Assembly: GCA_963699545.1 (NCBI GenBank)
Contig: CAVOUE010000006.1
Span: forward strand, 406,068 to 470,067
From: Nitrospirota bacterium
GTDB taxonomy: Bacteria > Nitrospirota > Thermodesulfovibrionia > Thermodesulfovibrionales > UBA9159
Direction of reading: 5' to 3'
Length of the DNA: 64,000 nt
Positions 20,507-30,971 of the stretch are shown one piece after another. Within the stretch, counting starts at the first letter, position 1. Each line of letters begins with the position of its first letter. The notes below the pieces were generated by a model, which was not told where the DNA came from, ran no database searches, and saw only the letters and a program-made list of their open reading frames with translations. A program made the translations under genes and the position numbers.

Positions 20507-21223
20507 TCAGCGTTCTGCCCTTGTCTTGACGGTGCCGAATCTCCTCTCTCTCAGCTGGTAGTCATGCAGGGCGAGGAAAAACTCTTCCCGTGTGAAATCA
20601 GGCCACAGGGTATCGGTAAAATGCAGCTCCGCATATGCAGCCTGCCAGAGGAGGAAATTGCTGATCCGCTTCTCACCGCTGGTTCTGATGATAAGGTCCG
20701 GAGCGGGAAGACCCGATGTGTCAAGGAGTGAATCAAAAAATGCTTCGCTCATGTCCTCGGGCTTCATCCCCAGACCGATCGCTTTCTTCACTGCCCGTAT
20801 GATTTCATTCCTGCCGCTGTAACTCAGGGCAAGGACGAGGTTCAGCCCTTTATTGTGAAGGGACTTTTCTTCCGCCTCTTTCAGGAGGACCTGTATACTT
20901 TCCGGCAGCCTCCATATCTCCCCGACGGTCCTGAACACGATTCCCCCCTTTATCAGCTCACTGAATTCCTTTTTCAGATAGAATTCCAGGAGTTTCATCA
21001 GCATGGACACCTCGTCACCCGGTCTCTTCCAGTTCTCAAGGGAGAACGCATAGAGCGTAAGGGTGCCGACACCAACTTCCCTCGCAGCTTCAATAATCTC
21101 CCTCGTCCTCTCAGCGCCCCGCTTGTGACCCTCGATCCTCGGAAGGCCCCGCATCTCCGCCCATCGTCCGTTGCCGTCCATGATAATGGCCACATGCGCC
21201 GGTATTCTCCCGGATAAGAGCAT
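20507..21223 (-). CDS. uppS: Undecaprenyl diphosphate synthase (cis-isoprenyl transferase)
   Basis: IIMDGNGRWA, FSLENWKRP, IRTSGEKRISNFLLWQ. Confidence 0.97.
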   Translation of the reverse strand: MLLSGRIPAHVAIIMDGNGRWAEMRGLPRIEGHKRGAERTREIIEAAREVGVGTLTLYAFSLENWKRPGDEVSMLMKLLEFYLKKEFSELIKGGIVFRTVGEIWRLPESIQVLLKEAEEKSLHNKGLNLVLALSYSGRNEIIRAVKKAIGLGMKPEDMSEAFFDSLLDTSGLPAPDLIIRTSGEKRISNFLLWQAAYAELHFTDTLWPDFTREEFFLALHDYQLRERRFGTVKTRAER

Positions 21224-21234
21224 CTCCTCTCCCG

Positions 21235-22960
21235 CTATCTTCCCTTGAGAGAGTATATGTAGAGCATGCTTCCCATGGGGCTCTCGCCCTTCAGGATATT
21301 CTTCGGCTTAAACCCGAACAGGGGGTTGCTGAGGACGACGAGTTTATCCTGCATAAATGTGTAATCCATAACCCCCCCCGATATTCCGTCGATCAGTACG
21401 TTCTCTTCCATGGAAAGTCCGGTCCACCAGACGGTCTTTATCTGGGAGCCTTTGAATCCCAGCCCCCTTGCCATGTCTGTCAGGGGGATCCTCTTCACCA
21501 CGAAGGACTCCCTGCTTCGCATAAACAACCTGTCCTTTACCGACCACTCGCCCCTGTCGACCATAACAGTGGGAGCTTTCTTCGTGAAGGTCTGCCGGAA
21601 GCCCTGATAGCCTTCCTTGCTCTGCCACACCCTCAGTCCGTCATCATTATAAAGATTCAGGTGTCCGGTACTGTCATAGGCCAGGGTATACTGCGCGCCG
21701 TCAGGTCCGGTCATATACGTGAAATCATAGATATTCACTCCGGCGGGAAGCTTTAGCGCGTCTCCCTTTGTGAAACCGCCGGAGGCAGTGTCCATCTTAA
21801 AGACACGGCCTCCAAAGCCTTCGCCTTCGTCATAATACTGGCCGACGAGCCCCAAACCGGGAAGTGCCCTCATGAAAACGTTTCCTTTCCAGAGCAATGA
21901 AAATTCAGAACCTTTGCGCTCATAGATATACGAGACCACTTTCCCTTCGTCTTTTATGACCGGCTTCATGGTATCACCCGTAGTATCAACCTGCCTTCCC
22001 CTCATCGCCGTCACGATGATCTCGTCCTTCCCGTCTCCGTTGACATCCATCGTATCGATCCAGATGTAATCATCACTGGCCGGTCCCTTATGCTCGTAAA
22101 GGGGCTTAAGGGTACCGCCGAGGAGAATATACCCTTATTTCACGCCCGAAACCGATGATCATTTCCCTGTTGCCATCCCCCTCCAGATCTCCTGATGCAA
22201 CGAGACTAGCGCTGAAGGGGAGATCAAAGAAGAGGAGCACATCTCCAGCCGAAGCCAGCGGCATAAGCATGTTCCGGCCAGCCCTGAACTCCTTCACAAC
22301 AGCCATATCCACCCTGACCTCCTGGTCAGCAAGACCTGCCGAATCCTCGGCCCAGAGGATTCTCTGCCTGAGGAGTATCTCCTTTTCCGACTCCTTTGCC
22401 GTAAGGATAAGGGCCGCCTCTGCGTTAAGCCTTTTCGCCTCGGCGATGATCTGCCCATCATCAGCAGAGTCAAGGGACGTATCCATTAACTCCAGCCGCC
22501 CGCTCTCCTTCAACGCCTGGTAATAGGCCTCTGCAAGGTTCCAGTCGACATTTTTGTCCTGATAAAAGAGGACCCTTGCCTTCATCTCCGAAACCCTCAG
22601 GATGTCACCCGTCCCGGCGTTGCCCTTGATGATCTCCAGAGTGGATTGGTCAGAGCTCACATCCTTTACTTCAGCCTTTCCTTCGGGAGTTTCGACGCGA
22701 CCCATGGGCTCCTTGGTGACAGGATGAAGGAAAGGCGTTCCCTCTTTGAAGATCGTGAACCTCATGCCCTTCTTTACCCCCGCTGGAACGCCCAGATCAG
22801 ATGTGACGACATTGCCGCTCACGGAAACCACTGTGCCTTTCAGGGGCCGAAAGTACGAAACGGTCTCCTCCTTGAGCTGACTGATCGCGTCGTCGGCATA
22901 TGCAGTGCCCGATAACAAAATCGCACCGAGAAACAGTATAAAGCGGCATCTTTGCCTCAT
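21235..22960 (-). CDS. Secreted FG-GAP/VCBS-repeat protein (frameshift near 22122)
   Basis: Signal peptide ending TAYA; GDLEGDGNREM and DVNGDGKDEI motifs; removing one C joins ORFs 22106-22960 and 21235-22050 via YSLGGTLKPLYEHKGP. Confidence 0.75.
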
Positions 22961-23160
22961 TTGGCCTCCTGGAAATACCTGTTAAACCCTAACCTCTTAC
23001 GTCCATGAAAATCAAGTCTATAGAATAATTCCACCTTCATGCACATTTCGCACACACTTTGTGCAAACAAAATTATACCACACCGGCAGGTCTAAACCTC
23101 AAGCACGGAGGAACCGGGCAGCAGCCTATTGTTTTAACAGGTGTGATAGAATAGAATCCC

Positions 23161-24012
23161 ATGAAGGTCTCACTCATAATACCCACGCTGAATGCCGGTT
23201 CCGATATCGAAACCCTCCTCGCCGGGGTCTCGACCCAGGACGTGAAGCCGCACGAGACAATCATCATCGATTCCTCCTCAGATGACACTACGGTAGAGAT
23301 CGCGCAGCGGTTCGGTGCAAAGACAGTGGTGATCCCCAGACGGGTGTTTAACCACGGAAGGACGAGAAATGTTGCGGCCAGGGAGGCTGAGGGAGATGTT
23401 CTCGTCTTCATGACACAGGACGCCTTGCCCTTCGACAAGGAGCTCCTCGGAAATTTGACCGCTCCCCTGGCGGAGGATGATATCGCCGGGGCATATGGAA
23501 GGCATGTGCCCCGTCACAACGCGTCACCGCCTGAGATCTTTGCAAGGCAGTTCAATTATCCGGAGTCGTCCACGGTAAAATCGATGAGCGACCTCAGCAC
23601 GTGCGGCATCAAGACCTTTTTCTTCAGCAATGTGTGTTCTGCGGTCAAGAGAGAGCTATTCTTCAGGGTCGGGATGTTTCCTGAAGGGGTGAGGTCCAAT
23701 GAAGACATGCTCCTGGCTGCTCGGCTTATCCTCAGCGGGCAGAAGGTGGCATACGTTCCCACTGCGAGGGTTATTCATTCTCATACGTATTCGCTTTTTC
23801 GGCTGTTTACGCGGTATTATAATATCGGGTCGTCCCTGAAGAGCAATGAGTGGGTGCTGAAGTATGCTTGTTCCGAGCGGGAAGGGTTGAGGTTCCTTAA
23901 GGAGGAGCTTCGTTTTCTTCTTACCGGGAAGCGATACAGATGGATCCCGTATATTCTTCTGGAAGCCCTGTCAAAATATGCGGGATACAGGATCGGTTTG
24001 ATTTCAGGATGA
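23161..24012 (+). CDS. Glycosyltransferase family 2 (rhamnosyltransferase-like)
   Basis: SLIIPTLNA, DSSSDDTT, FNHGRTRN, TQDA, FFSNVCSA, EDM. Confidence 0.88.
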   Translation: MKVSLIIPTLNAGSDIETLLAGVSTQDVKPHETIIIDSSSDDTTVEIAQRFGAKTVVIPRRVFNHGRTRNVAAREAEGDVLVFMTQDALPFDKELLGNLTAPLAEDDIAGAYGRHVPRHNASPPEIFARQFNYPESSTVKSMSDLSTCGIKTFFFSNVCSAVKRELFFRVGMFPEGVRSNEDMLLAARLILSGQKVAYVPTARVIHSHTYSLFRLFTRYYNIGSSLKSNEWVLKYACSEREGLRFLKEELRFLLTGKRYRWIPYILLEALSKYAGYRIGLISG

Positions 24013-25457
24013 GTGAAATCATCAAGGTATTAAGAGGGTTTCTTAAGGTCATCTGCTTTGTCATCATAGACCTCCTTGCGTTCTACACTTCCCTTTTTGC
24101 CGCATGGGTGCTGAGGTCAAAGATCCTGTCCTCGTTCGTACGTGACCTTCCGGCATTTGACCAGTTCTCCTATTCTTATTTCCTGTCATTGTGGTGGATA
24201 CCTGCTCTCTTTATATTCTTTATCTTTTACGAAGGCCTCTACGACAGGAACCAGCCCTTCTGGGACGAGGCGAGGGTGATGGTAAAGGCCGTATTCCTCG
24301 CAACCCTCACGGTGATGGCCATCGTCACCCTGGGGAAGATGCAGGACAGGATATCCCGCCTGGTCCTCCTGGGGATGTGGACTGCGTCCCTCTTCGCCTT
24401 CCCTCTCTTCAGGCTCTGGGGAAAGCGGCTGTTCTACCGCGCAGGCATCTGGAGGGAGAGGACCCTGATATTGGGAGCGGGGAACGCAGGGAGGCTGGTC
24501 ATGGAAGGTCTCCAGAGAGAGACACACATGGGATATGAGGTCATCGGGTTCTTGGACGATGATGAAAAGAAATGGGGAGAGATCATCAGCGGGAAGAAGG
24601 TGTTCGGACGGGTCAGGCACTTCCCGAGATTCATCAGGGACCTGCGGATCGTCACCATCATCATCGCCATGCCCTCCCTCCCGCCGGAACGGCTCGCTGC
24701 CCTTACCGCCAGCGTCCAGAATCACGCCGCCAATACCTTGGTGATTCCTGATCTCAGGGGCATTGCGCTCCTGAACACAGGACTCCTTCATCTTTTCTAT
24801 GAAGAGATATTCCTGATGAACATACGGAACAACCTCAAATCCGCTGTCAACAGGTTCGTCAAGAGACTCTTCGATGTCACTTTTGGGATCACCGCCATGC
24901 CCCTCCTCTTGCCGCTCATCGGGATCATCGGCCTGGTGATACGCCTGGAGACGCCGGGACCTGCGATCTATGCCCATGACAGGATCGGAAAAGGGGGAAA
25001 GACCTTCCGCTGCTACAAATTCAGGACCATGCTGCGTGATGCGGAAGAGCGGCTAAGGGAGATCCTCGAAAACAACGACGGGATCCGCAGTGAGTGGGAA
25101 AAGAACTGGAAGCTGAAGGATGATCCGCGGATCACCAAAATCGGCCGTTTCCTCAGGAAGACATCCCTTGATGAGCTTCCCCAGATATTCAATGTCCTCA
25201 AAGGGGAAATGAGCTTCGTCGGACCGAGACCATATCTCCTGAGAGAACGGAATGTTCTTGAAGAACAGCTCCCGGTCATCTGCAGTACCAAGCCCGGCAT
25301 CACCGGATTATGGCAGGTTTCGGGAAGGAGCGACACCGGCCGCGAGTACCGTCTGAAACTTGATGCGTGGTACGTAATGAACTGGTCCCTGTGGTTTGAC
25401 ATCGCCATACTGTTCAAGACGATACGGGTAGTTGCAAAGATGGAGGGTGCATACTGA
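24009..25457 (+). CDS. wbaP: Undecaprenyl-phosphate sugar (galactose/glucose) phosphotransferase, WbaP-like
   Basis: KRLFD, YKFRTM, DDPRITKIGRFLRKTSLDELPQ, PGITGLWQVSGRS; ATG 24009 overlaps the GT2 stop. Confidence 0.88.
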   Translation: MSEIIKVLRGFLKVICFVIIDLLAFYTSLFAAWVLRSKILSSFVRDLPAFDQFSYSYFLSLWWIPALFIFFIFYEGLYDRNQPFWDEARVMVKAVFLATLTVMAIVTLGKMQDRISRLVLLGMWTASLFAFPLFRLWGKRLFYRAGIWRERTLILGAGNAGRLVMEGLQRETHMGYEVIGFLDDDEKKWGEIISGKKVFGRVRHFPRFIRDLRIVTIIIAMPSLPPERLAALTASVQNHAANTLVIPDLRGIALLNTGLLHLFYEEIFLMNIRNNLKSAVNRFVKRLFDVTFGITAMPLLLPLIGIIGLVIRLETPGPAIYAHDRIGKGGKTFRCYKFRTMLRDAEERLREILENNDGIRSEWEKNWKLKDDPRITKIGRFLRKTSLDELPQIFNVLKGEMSFVGPRPYLLRERNVLEEQLPVICSTKPGITGLWQVSGRSDTGREYRLKLDAWYVMNWSLWFDIAILFKTIRVVAKMEGAY

Positions 25458-25493
25458 CCCTATAGTCCGGAACGGAGCGATGCACCGCGTTTG

Positions 25494-25502
25494 TGATATA
25501 AT
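25494..25502 (+). promoter_or_regulatory. Extended -10 promoter upstream of gspE
   Basis: TGaTATAAT, about 35 nt before the GAGGAG-preceded GTG at 25536. Confidence 0.55.
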
Positions 25503-25535
25503 AATGTGCACATTATCTCTGAGGAGCGTGTAAAA

Positions 25536-27066
25536 GTGATCAAAGAGATTCCGTATCTTACTGCTGATGACCTTCCCAAGGTCCCTTTTGTCCTCGAGGG
25601 CATATCATCCCGTTTTATCCGTGAATACATGGTGGTCCCGCTTGAACTGAAGAACAATGTTCTGAAGGTGGTTATGGCGAACCCTGAGGACAGGGAAACC
25701 ATCGATGCCCTCAGAGTGGCCACTCGGCCGATATAGCTGTCTTACGGAGCCAGCGCAGAGGTCATCGAATGAGTACATATCCAAGTTCTATGGCCAGGAA
25801 TCGCAGAACATAAACAGGATCATTGAGGACATCGGCGAAAAAGGCCTCGAGTTCGTCAGGGAAGAGGAAGAGGACGTCGGCCATCTCAAGGACCTCGCCT
25901 CGGAGGCGCCCATCATAAAACTCGTCAACCTTCTCATTACGAGGGCGGTGGAGGGCAGGGCAAGCGATATACATATCGAGCCCTTCGAGGATGAATTGAA
26001 GGTGACGATACCGCATCGACGGCGTGCTGCACGATATGGAATCCACACCAAAGAAGCTGCAGGCAGCGATCGTGTCGAGAATAAAGATCATGGCGAAACT
26101 GAACATCGCCGAGCGGAGACTGCCCCAGGACGGCCGCATCAGGCTCAAGGTCGGTGAGAAGGAGATAGACCTCAGGGTATCCACCATCCCCGTACTCCAC
26201 GGCGAAAGCGTCGTCATGAGGATCCTCCGTAAAGGAAGGCATCGTGATAGACCTCGACGTGCTTGGATTTCCTGCAGACACCCTTTCCGGCTTTCAACCA
26301 GCTCATCACAAAACCGAACGGCATCATGCTCGTTACCGGCCCGACAGGAAGCGGAAAGACCACCACCCTTTACGGCGCACTCGACAAGATAAATTCCCCT
26401 GACAAAAAGATCATCACGGTGGAGGACCCCGTCGAGTACCAGCTCAAGGGGGTGAACCAGATACAGGTCAAGCCCCAGATCGGTCTGAATTTTGCCAATA
26501 CGCTGCGGCATATCGTCAGGCAGGACCCCGACATCATCATGATCGGCGAGATCAGGGACCTTGAAACAGCGGAGATCGCCATACAGTCGGCCCTGACCGG
26601 CCATCTTGTCTTTTCGACACTCCATACCAACGACGCACCGAGCGCCATCACACGACTCCTCGATATGGGGGTCGAGAATTTCCTCCTCTCTTCCACCGTT
26701 CGCGGTATCCTCGCGCAGAGGCTCGTGAGGATGATCTGCCCTGTCCTGCAGGGAAGTGGATCCGCTCGCGGCAGACAAGGAAGAACTTGCCGTCTTCGGC
26801 ATCGGAAGCGATATCACCCTCTATACGGGGAAGGGGTGCGACGAATGCGCCTATACGGGCTATTACGGCAGGTCGGGGATATTCGAACTGCTCATGGTGG
26901 ATGACGAAATACGGAAGCTGATCCTCAAGAGCGCCGATGCGAACCAGCTGAGGGAGATGGCGCGAGGCAGCGCGGCATGAAGACCCTGCTCGAAGACGGT
27001 GCGGAAAAGATAAAGGCAGGCATCACCACCCTGAGCGAGGTCCTCAGGGTGACCCAGGAGGCTTAA
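25536..27066 (+). CDS. gspE: Type II secretion ATPase GspE (about 7 single-base indels)
   Basis: [57 protein letters not shown] and C-terminal EVLRVTQEA*, spread over consecutive frames. Confidence 0.9.
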
Positions 27067-28260
27067 GTGGCCATTTTTTCTTACAGGGCAACCACCATGG
27101 AAGGCACAATCGTCGAAGGCGTCATCGAGGCGCCAGACGAAAAGAGTGCCATCGAAAAGCTGAGGAACAGCGGCGTCATCCCCTTAAAGATCGCCGCCCC
27201 GAGGGAAGGCATCGGAAGGAAATTCACGCTGAGGTCTTCCAAGGGTGACCTCCTCACGTTCACGACAGAGCTCTCGGCCCTGCTCGGAGCGGGGTTGCCC
27301 CTCGACAGGAGCCTTAATATCCTCTCCGATATCTCGGAAAGCAAAGAGATGAAGAGTATCATCCATTCCATCCTCAAGTCGATCAGGGAGGGAAGCTCCT
27401 TTTCTGACGCACTGCAGCAACATCCGAAGGTCTTCCCCAAACTTTATGTAAACATGATACGGGCGGGCGAGGCAGGCGGTGTGCTCGATGTGGTGCTGGA
27501 TAAACTGAATGAGTTCCTCGAAACCTCCAAGGAACTGAAGGACACCATAGTTTCAGCAATGATCTATCCCACCATACTGATCGTGACCGGCGGGATATCG
27601 ATCATTGTTCTGCTCACCTATGTGCTCCCGAAATTCTCGGTGATATTTTCAGAACTGGGAAGTGCGTTGCCCCTCTCCACACAGATCGTTCTGGGGTTCA
27701 GCAATTTTCTCAAGACATACTGGTGGATTGCTCTGTTGCTGGTAATCGGCGGATGGTTCATTTTCAGAATGTATGTGAAATCTCCCGCGGGCAGATATCA
27801 GTGGGACTCCTTTAAGCTGAAGCTGATGGGTGAAGTCATAACGAAGATCGAGACGGCACGGTTTTCACGGACCCTGGGAACGCTCCTGAAAAGCGGGGTT
27901 CCCCTCCTGCAGGCGCTGAACAACTCAAAGGACGTGATCAGCAACCAGGTCATCGCCTCTGCTATCGACAGGGTCTCAAAAGGCGCAAAGGAAGGGAAAG
28001 GCATAGCGGTCCCTTTGTCTGATGCCGACGTCTTCCCTCCCCTTGCCCTCTCCATGATCAAGGTCGGAGAAGAGACCGGCCAGCTCGACACCATGCTGAT
28101 GAAGGTCGCATCCACGTATGAGAAGAGCCTGAGGCTTGCCGTAAAGAGATTTGTGAGCATCCTTGAACCAGCAATGATTCTCGGTATGGGCTTGATCATC
28201 GGTTTTATCGTGGTCTCGATGCTCATGGCCATCTTCAGCATAACCGAACTGCCGTTCTGA
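27067..28260 (+). CDS. gspF: Type II secretion inner-membrane platform protein GspF
   Basis: AGEAGG, AMIYP, VGEETGQLD, LEPAMI. Confidence 0.93.
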   Translation: MAIFSYRATTMEGTIVEGVIEAPDEKSAIEKLRNSGVIPLKIAAPREGIGRKFTLRSSKGDLLTFTTELSALLGAGLPLDRSLNILSDISESKEMKSIIHSILKSIREGSSFSDALQQHPKVFPKLYVNMIRAGEAGGVLDVVLDKLNEFLETSKELKDTIVSAMIYPTILIVTGGISIIVLLTYVLPKFSVIFSELGSALPLSTQIVLGFSNFLKTYWWIALLLVIGGWFIFRMYVKSPAGRYQWDSFKLKLMGEVITKIETARFSRTLGTLLKSGVPLLQALNNSKDVISNQVIASAIDRVSKGAKEGKGIAVPLSDADVFPPLALSMIKVGEETGQLDTMLMKVASTYEKSLRLAVKRFVSILEPAMILGMGLIIGFIVVSMLMAIFSITELPF

Positions 28261-28264
28261 ACAA

Positions 28265-28813
28265 ATGGTCTTTTCAAAAAACTATTCCGACCGCAAAACA
28301 CGCAGAGATGAGAAATCAACACACAATTTGATATCCCGCATACGTAGAAATTGTTCTCTACATACTCTGCAGCCGGTACGCGCTGGGGAATCCGGTTTCA
28401 CGCTACTGGAGATGCTCATCGTACTGTTCCTCGCGGTCCTTATGGTAATGCTCGCTGCTGTGCTCCTGACAAACACCCTTGCTTCCAGCAGGCTCAATGC
28501 CACTGCCAGGGAGATATCCGCGTCCATACGACATGCCAGAACCCTTGCGCAGATCCACGGAGAACGGCAGACCCTCACGATAGACCTTGATGCAAAACAG
28601 TACGGGATAGAAGGCCGCACCTCAAGAAGCATACCTCCGAACATCGATATAAAGGTGACCGACCCCTTTTCCGGGGACGTCTACTCAGGCAAGTACCTTA
28701 TCGTGGCGAGCGCCACCGGCATGGTGAGCGGTGGGACCATCTTTTTGTGGAATAAGAAGAGGGCGGTGACTATCCAGCTGGATCCCATAGTTGGAGCGGT
28801 GGTGACAAAATGA
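28265..28813 (+). CDS. gspH: Minor pseudopilin, GspH-like
   Basis: G/FTLLE prepilin motif, ARTLA helix, GGTIFL C-terminal motif. Confidence 0.75.
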   Translation: MVFSKNYSDRKTRRDEKSTHNLISRIRRNCSLHTLQPVRAGESGFTLLEMLIVLFLAVLMVMLAAVLLTNTLASSRLNATAREISASIRHARTLAQIHGERQTLTIDLDAKQYGIEGRTSRSIPPNIDIKVTDPFSGDVYSGKYLIVASATGMVSGGTIFLWNKKRAVTIQLDPIVGAVVTK

Positions 28814-29289
28814 CGGGGAGATTCGGGGACCCGGAGACGCGGAGAACAGAAAAGGCGGCGAACGGGAGAAGTCCCCGGTTCCCCGATTCCCCGGCTCCCC
28901 GGCTGATCTCTGAACAGAGAGGCTTCACCCTCCTCGAGGTGCTCGTGGCGGTGGCCGTCCTCGGCATTGCAATAGCGGTGATCCTGCAGCTCTTCTCCGC
29001 TGGTCTGAGAGCCATATCAGCATCCGGGAATTATATTGAGGCCTCTGCAAAGGCAGAGGCGAAGATGAGGGAGGTGCTCGATGACGACGCGCTCACGGAA
29101 CGCTCCCTCAGCGAAACGACCAACGACGGATACCGATTCGATATCTCGGTCACCAGGGCTTTGGGGAACAAAACAGAGAATCTGCCTGTGATACTTCTTG
29201 ATATATCTCTTACGGTACACTGGACAAAGGGAACAAAAGAGAGAGCACTCAACCTGAGAACGATGAAGATGGTGATCAAACAGATTTGA
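28810..29289 (+). CDS. gspI: Minor pseudopilin, GspI-like
   Basis: RG/FTLLEVLVAVAVL; position after gspH. Confidence 0.78.
   Translation: MTGRFGDPETRRTEKAANGRSPRFPDSPAPRLISEQRGFTLLEVLVAVAVLGIAIAVILQLFSAGLRAISASGNYIEASAKAEAKMREVLDDDALTERSLSETTNDGYRFDISVTRALGNKTENLPVILLDISLTVHWTKGTKERALNLRTMKMVIKQI
28814..28903. repeat. Octamer arrays forming an imperfect inverted repeat in the gspI leader
   Basis: tcggggac ccggagac gcggaga (about 28823-28845) and tccccggt tccccgat tccccggc tccccggc (28872-28903). Confidence 0.75.
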
Positions 29290-29301
29290 CAGGGAGATGA
29301 G

Positions 29302-29979
29302 ATGACGGGATCGTACAGAAAAGCATTCATGATGCGGGAAAGCACCGCCGGCTTCACTCTCCTCGAACTGGTTATATGCATCACCATCATAGGTATTATC
29401 GTCCTGATCATTGCCGGCGCTACGCGGCTCGGGTTCCGCTCCGTAGACGCTGGAGAGAAGAAGATCGAGCTCTTTGAGAGGATCAGGTCGTCTCTGTCGC
29501 TCATCAATTCCCAGATCCAGTCGGAAATCCCTCTGACGTTCGACGAAGACGGTTCCCGGAAGTATTATTTTAAGGGAAGCAGGGATTTTCTGCAGTTTCC
29601 CACCAACTATTCCCTCGCAGGCGGGGAGAGGGGCTATGTTCTTGCTGCTTACAGGGTAGTTCCGGGGGATCGCGGAAAGCCGGTCCTCTCTCTGACCGAG
29701 AGCGGCATCGGCATAACCGGCGGGATCGAGACAAGATTGCTGGATAGCTTTGACGAGATCTCTTTCGAGTACTTTTACAAAGAGCCCACGGCCGAGCAGG
29801 GAAACTGGGTCCAGCAGTGGACCGACGAGACCACTATACCTGAAAAGATACGCGTACATTTTGTGGAAGGGAGAAAGGATCTCGCCCTCATCATTCCCAT
29901 GAGGTCCAGGGGTTCCTTGGCGCAGAAACCGTCGGTAACGCAAGGAACCGGCGCCGCCTCCCAGAAGCCGGTCAAGTGA
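29302..29979 (+). CDS. gspJ: Minor pseudopilin, GspJ-like
   Basis: AG/FTLLELVI; C-terminal W..QW...PEKIRV pattern. Confidence 0.78.
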   Translation: MTGSYRKAFMMRESTAGFTLLELVICITIIGIIVLIIAGATRLGFRSVDAGEKKIELFERIRSSLSLINSQIQSEIPLTFDEDGSRKYYFKGSRDFLQFPTNYSLAGGERGYVLAAYRVVPGDRGKPVLSLTESGIGITGGIETRLLDSFDEISFEYFYKEPTAEQGNWVQQWTDETTIPEKIRVHFVEGRKDLALIIPMRSRGSLAQKPSVTQGTGAASQKPVK

Positions 29980-30971
29980 GGCGGAACGGGTTCATGGGGA
30001 TGCTCCCTGACCGTGTAGCAGCGGGATCCTTTTCGGAAAAAGGGGTCGCTCTTCTGATGGTGCTGTGGGTTCTCACCGTCCTCATGGTGATCGCTCTCTC
30101 TTTTTCATTTATGACGAAGACAGAAACCCTTGCCACGCTATCATTCAAGGAAGGCATAGAAAAGAAGTTCCTTGCAGAGGCCGGGATAGAACGGGGGATG
30201 ATGGAGATGCTTTACAGAAGGCAAAATCTGAATTCCGGAGACAGCGAGCTGTGGAAGGCCAATGGCACACCATACAGCGACCAGTTGGGTGACGGAAAGT
30301 ATACGGTCAGGATTATGGACGAATCAGGAAAGCTCAATATCAACATGCTCGATGACAGTTCTGTTATAATACTAAAGAATTTACTGATACAATCGGGAGT
30401 AAAGGCAGAGGACGCTGATACCATTGCGGATTCCGTGCTTGACTGGAGAGATGCAGATGACCTTCACCGCCTTAACGGGGCTGAGAGCGATTACTACATG
30501 TCTCTGCCAAACCCTTACAAGGCAAAGAACGCAGATTTTGATACGGTAGAGGAACTTCTCATGGTGAAGGGTATGACACGCGAGATACTGTACGGGACCG
30601 AAGAAAAGAAAGGGATCATCGGCTTTCTTACGGTGAATTCAAATGTGGCCTCGATCAACCTGAATGCTGCCCCCAGGGAGCTCCTGCTGGGGCTGCCTGG
30701 CATGACCGCGGAAATAGCTGACACTATAATAAGCATCAGGGAGGAAAAGGAGATGCCGGGTCCTCAGGATTTTCAGGCCGCCCTTGGAGCAAGCTACGCC
30801 CTTCTGGCCCAATACGTCGGTTCCGCAGTTTCCAATGCATTTACGATCGATTCCGTCGGGTATAAGGACAGTGAGAAAAAGGGATATTCCATCAGGGCAA
30901 CCGTCATTATCCAGCCCGACAACAAATTCAGATACGTATACTATAAAAGCCCGATGAATGTGACCCAATGA
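29976..30971 (+). CDS. gspK: Pseudopilin GspK
   Basis: KG/VALLMVLW, DESGKLNIN, DWRDADD, ELLMVKGM, INLNAA. Confidence 0.9.
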   Translation: MRRNGFMGMLPDRVAAGSFSEKGVALLMVLWVLTVLMVIALSFSFMTKTETLATLSFKEGIEKKFLAEAGIERGMMEMLYRRQNLNSGDSELWKANGTPYSDQLGDGKYTVRIMDESGKLNINMLDDSSVIILKNLLIQSGVKAEDADTIADSVLDWRDADDLHRLNGAESDYYMSLPNPYKAKNADFDTVEELLMVKGMTREILYGTEEKKGIIGFLTVNSNVASINLNAAPRELLLGLPGMTAEIADTIISIREEKEMPGPQDFQAALGASYALLAQYVGSAVSNAFTIDSVGYKDSEKKGYSIRATVIIQPDNKFRYVYYKSPMNVTQ

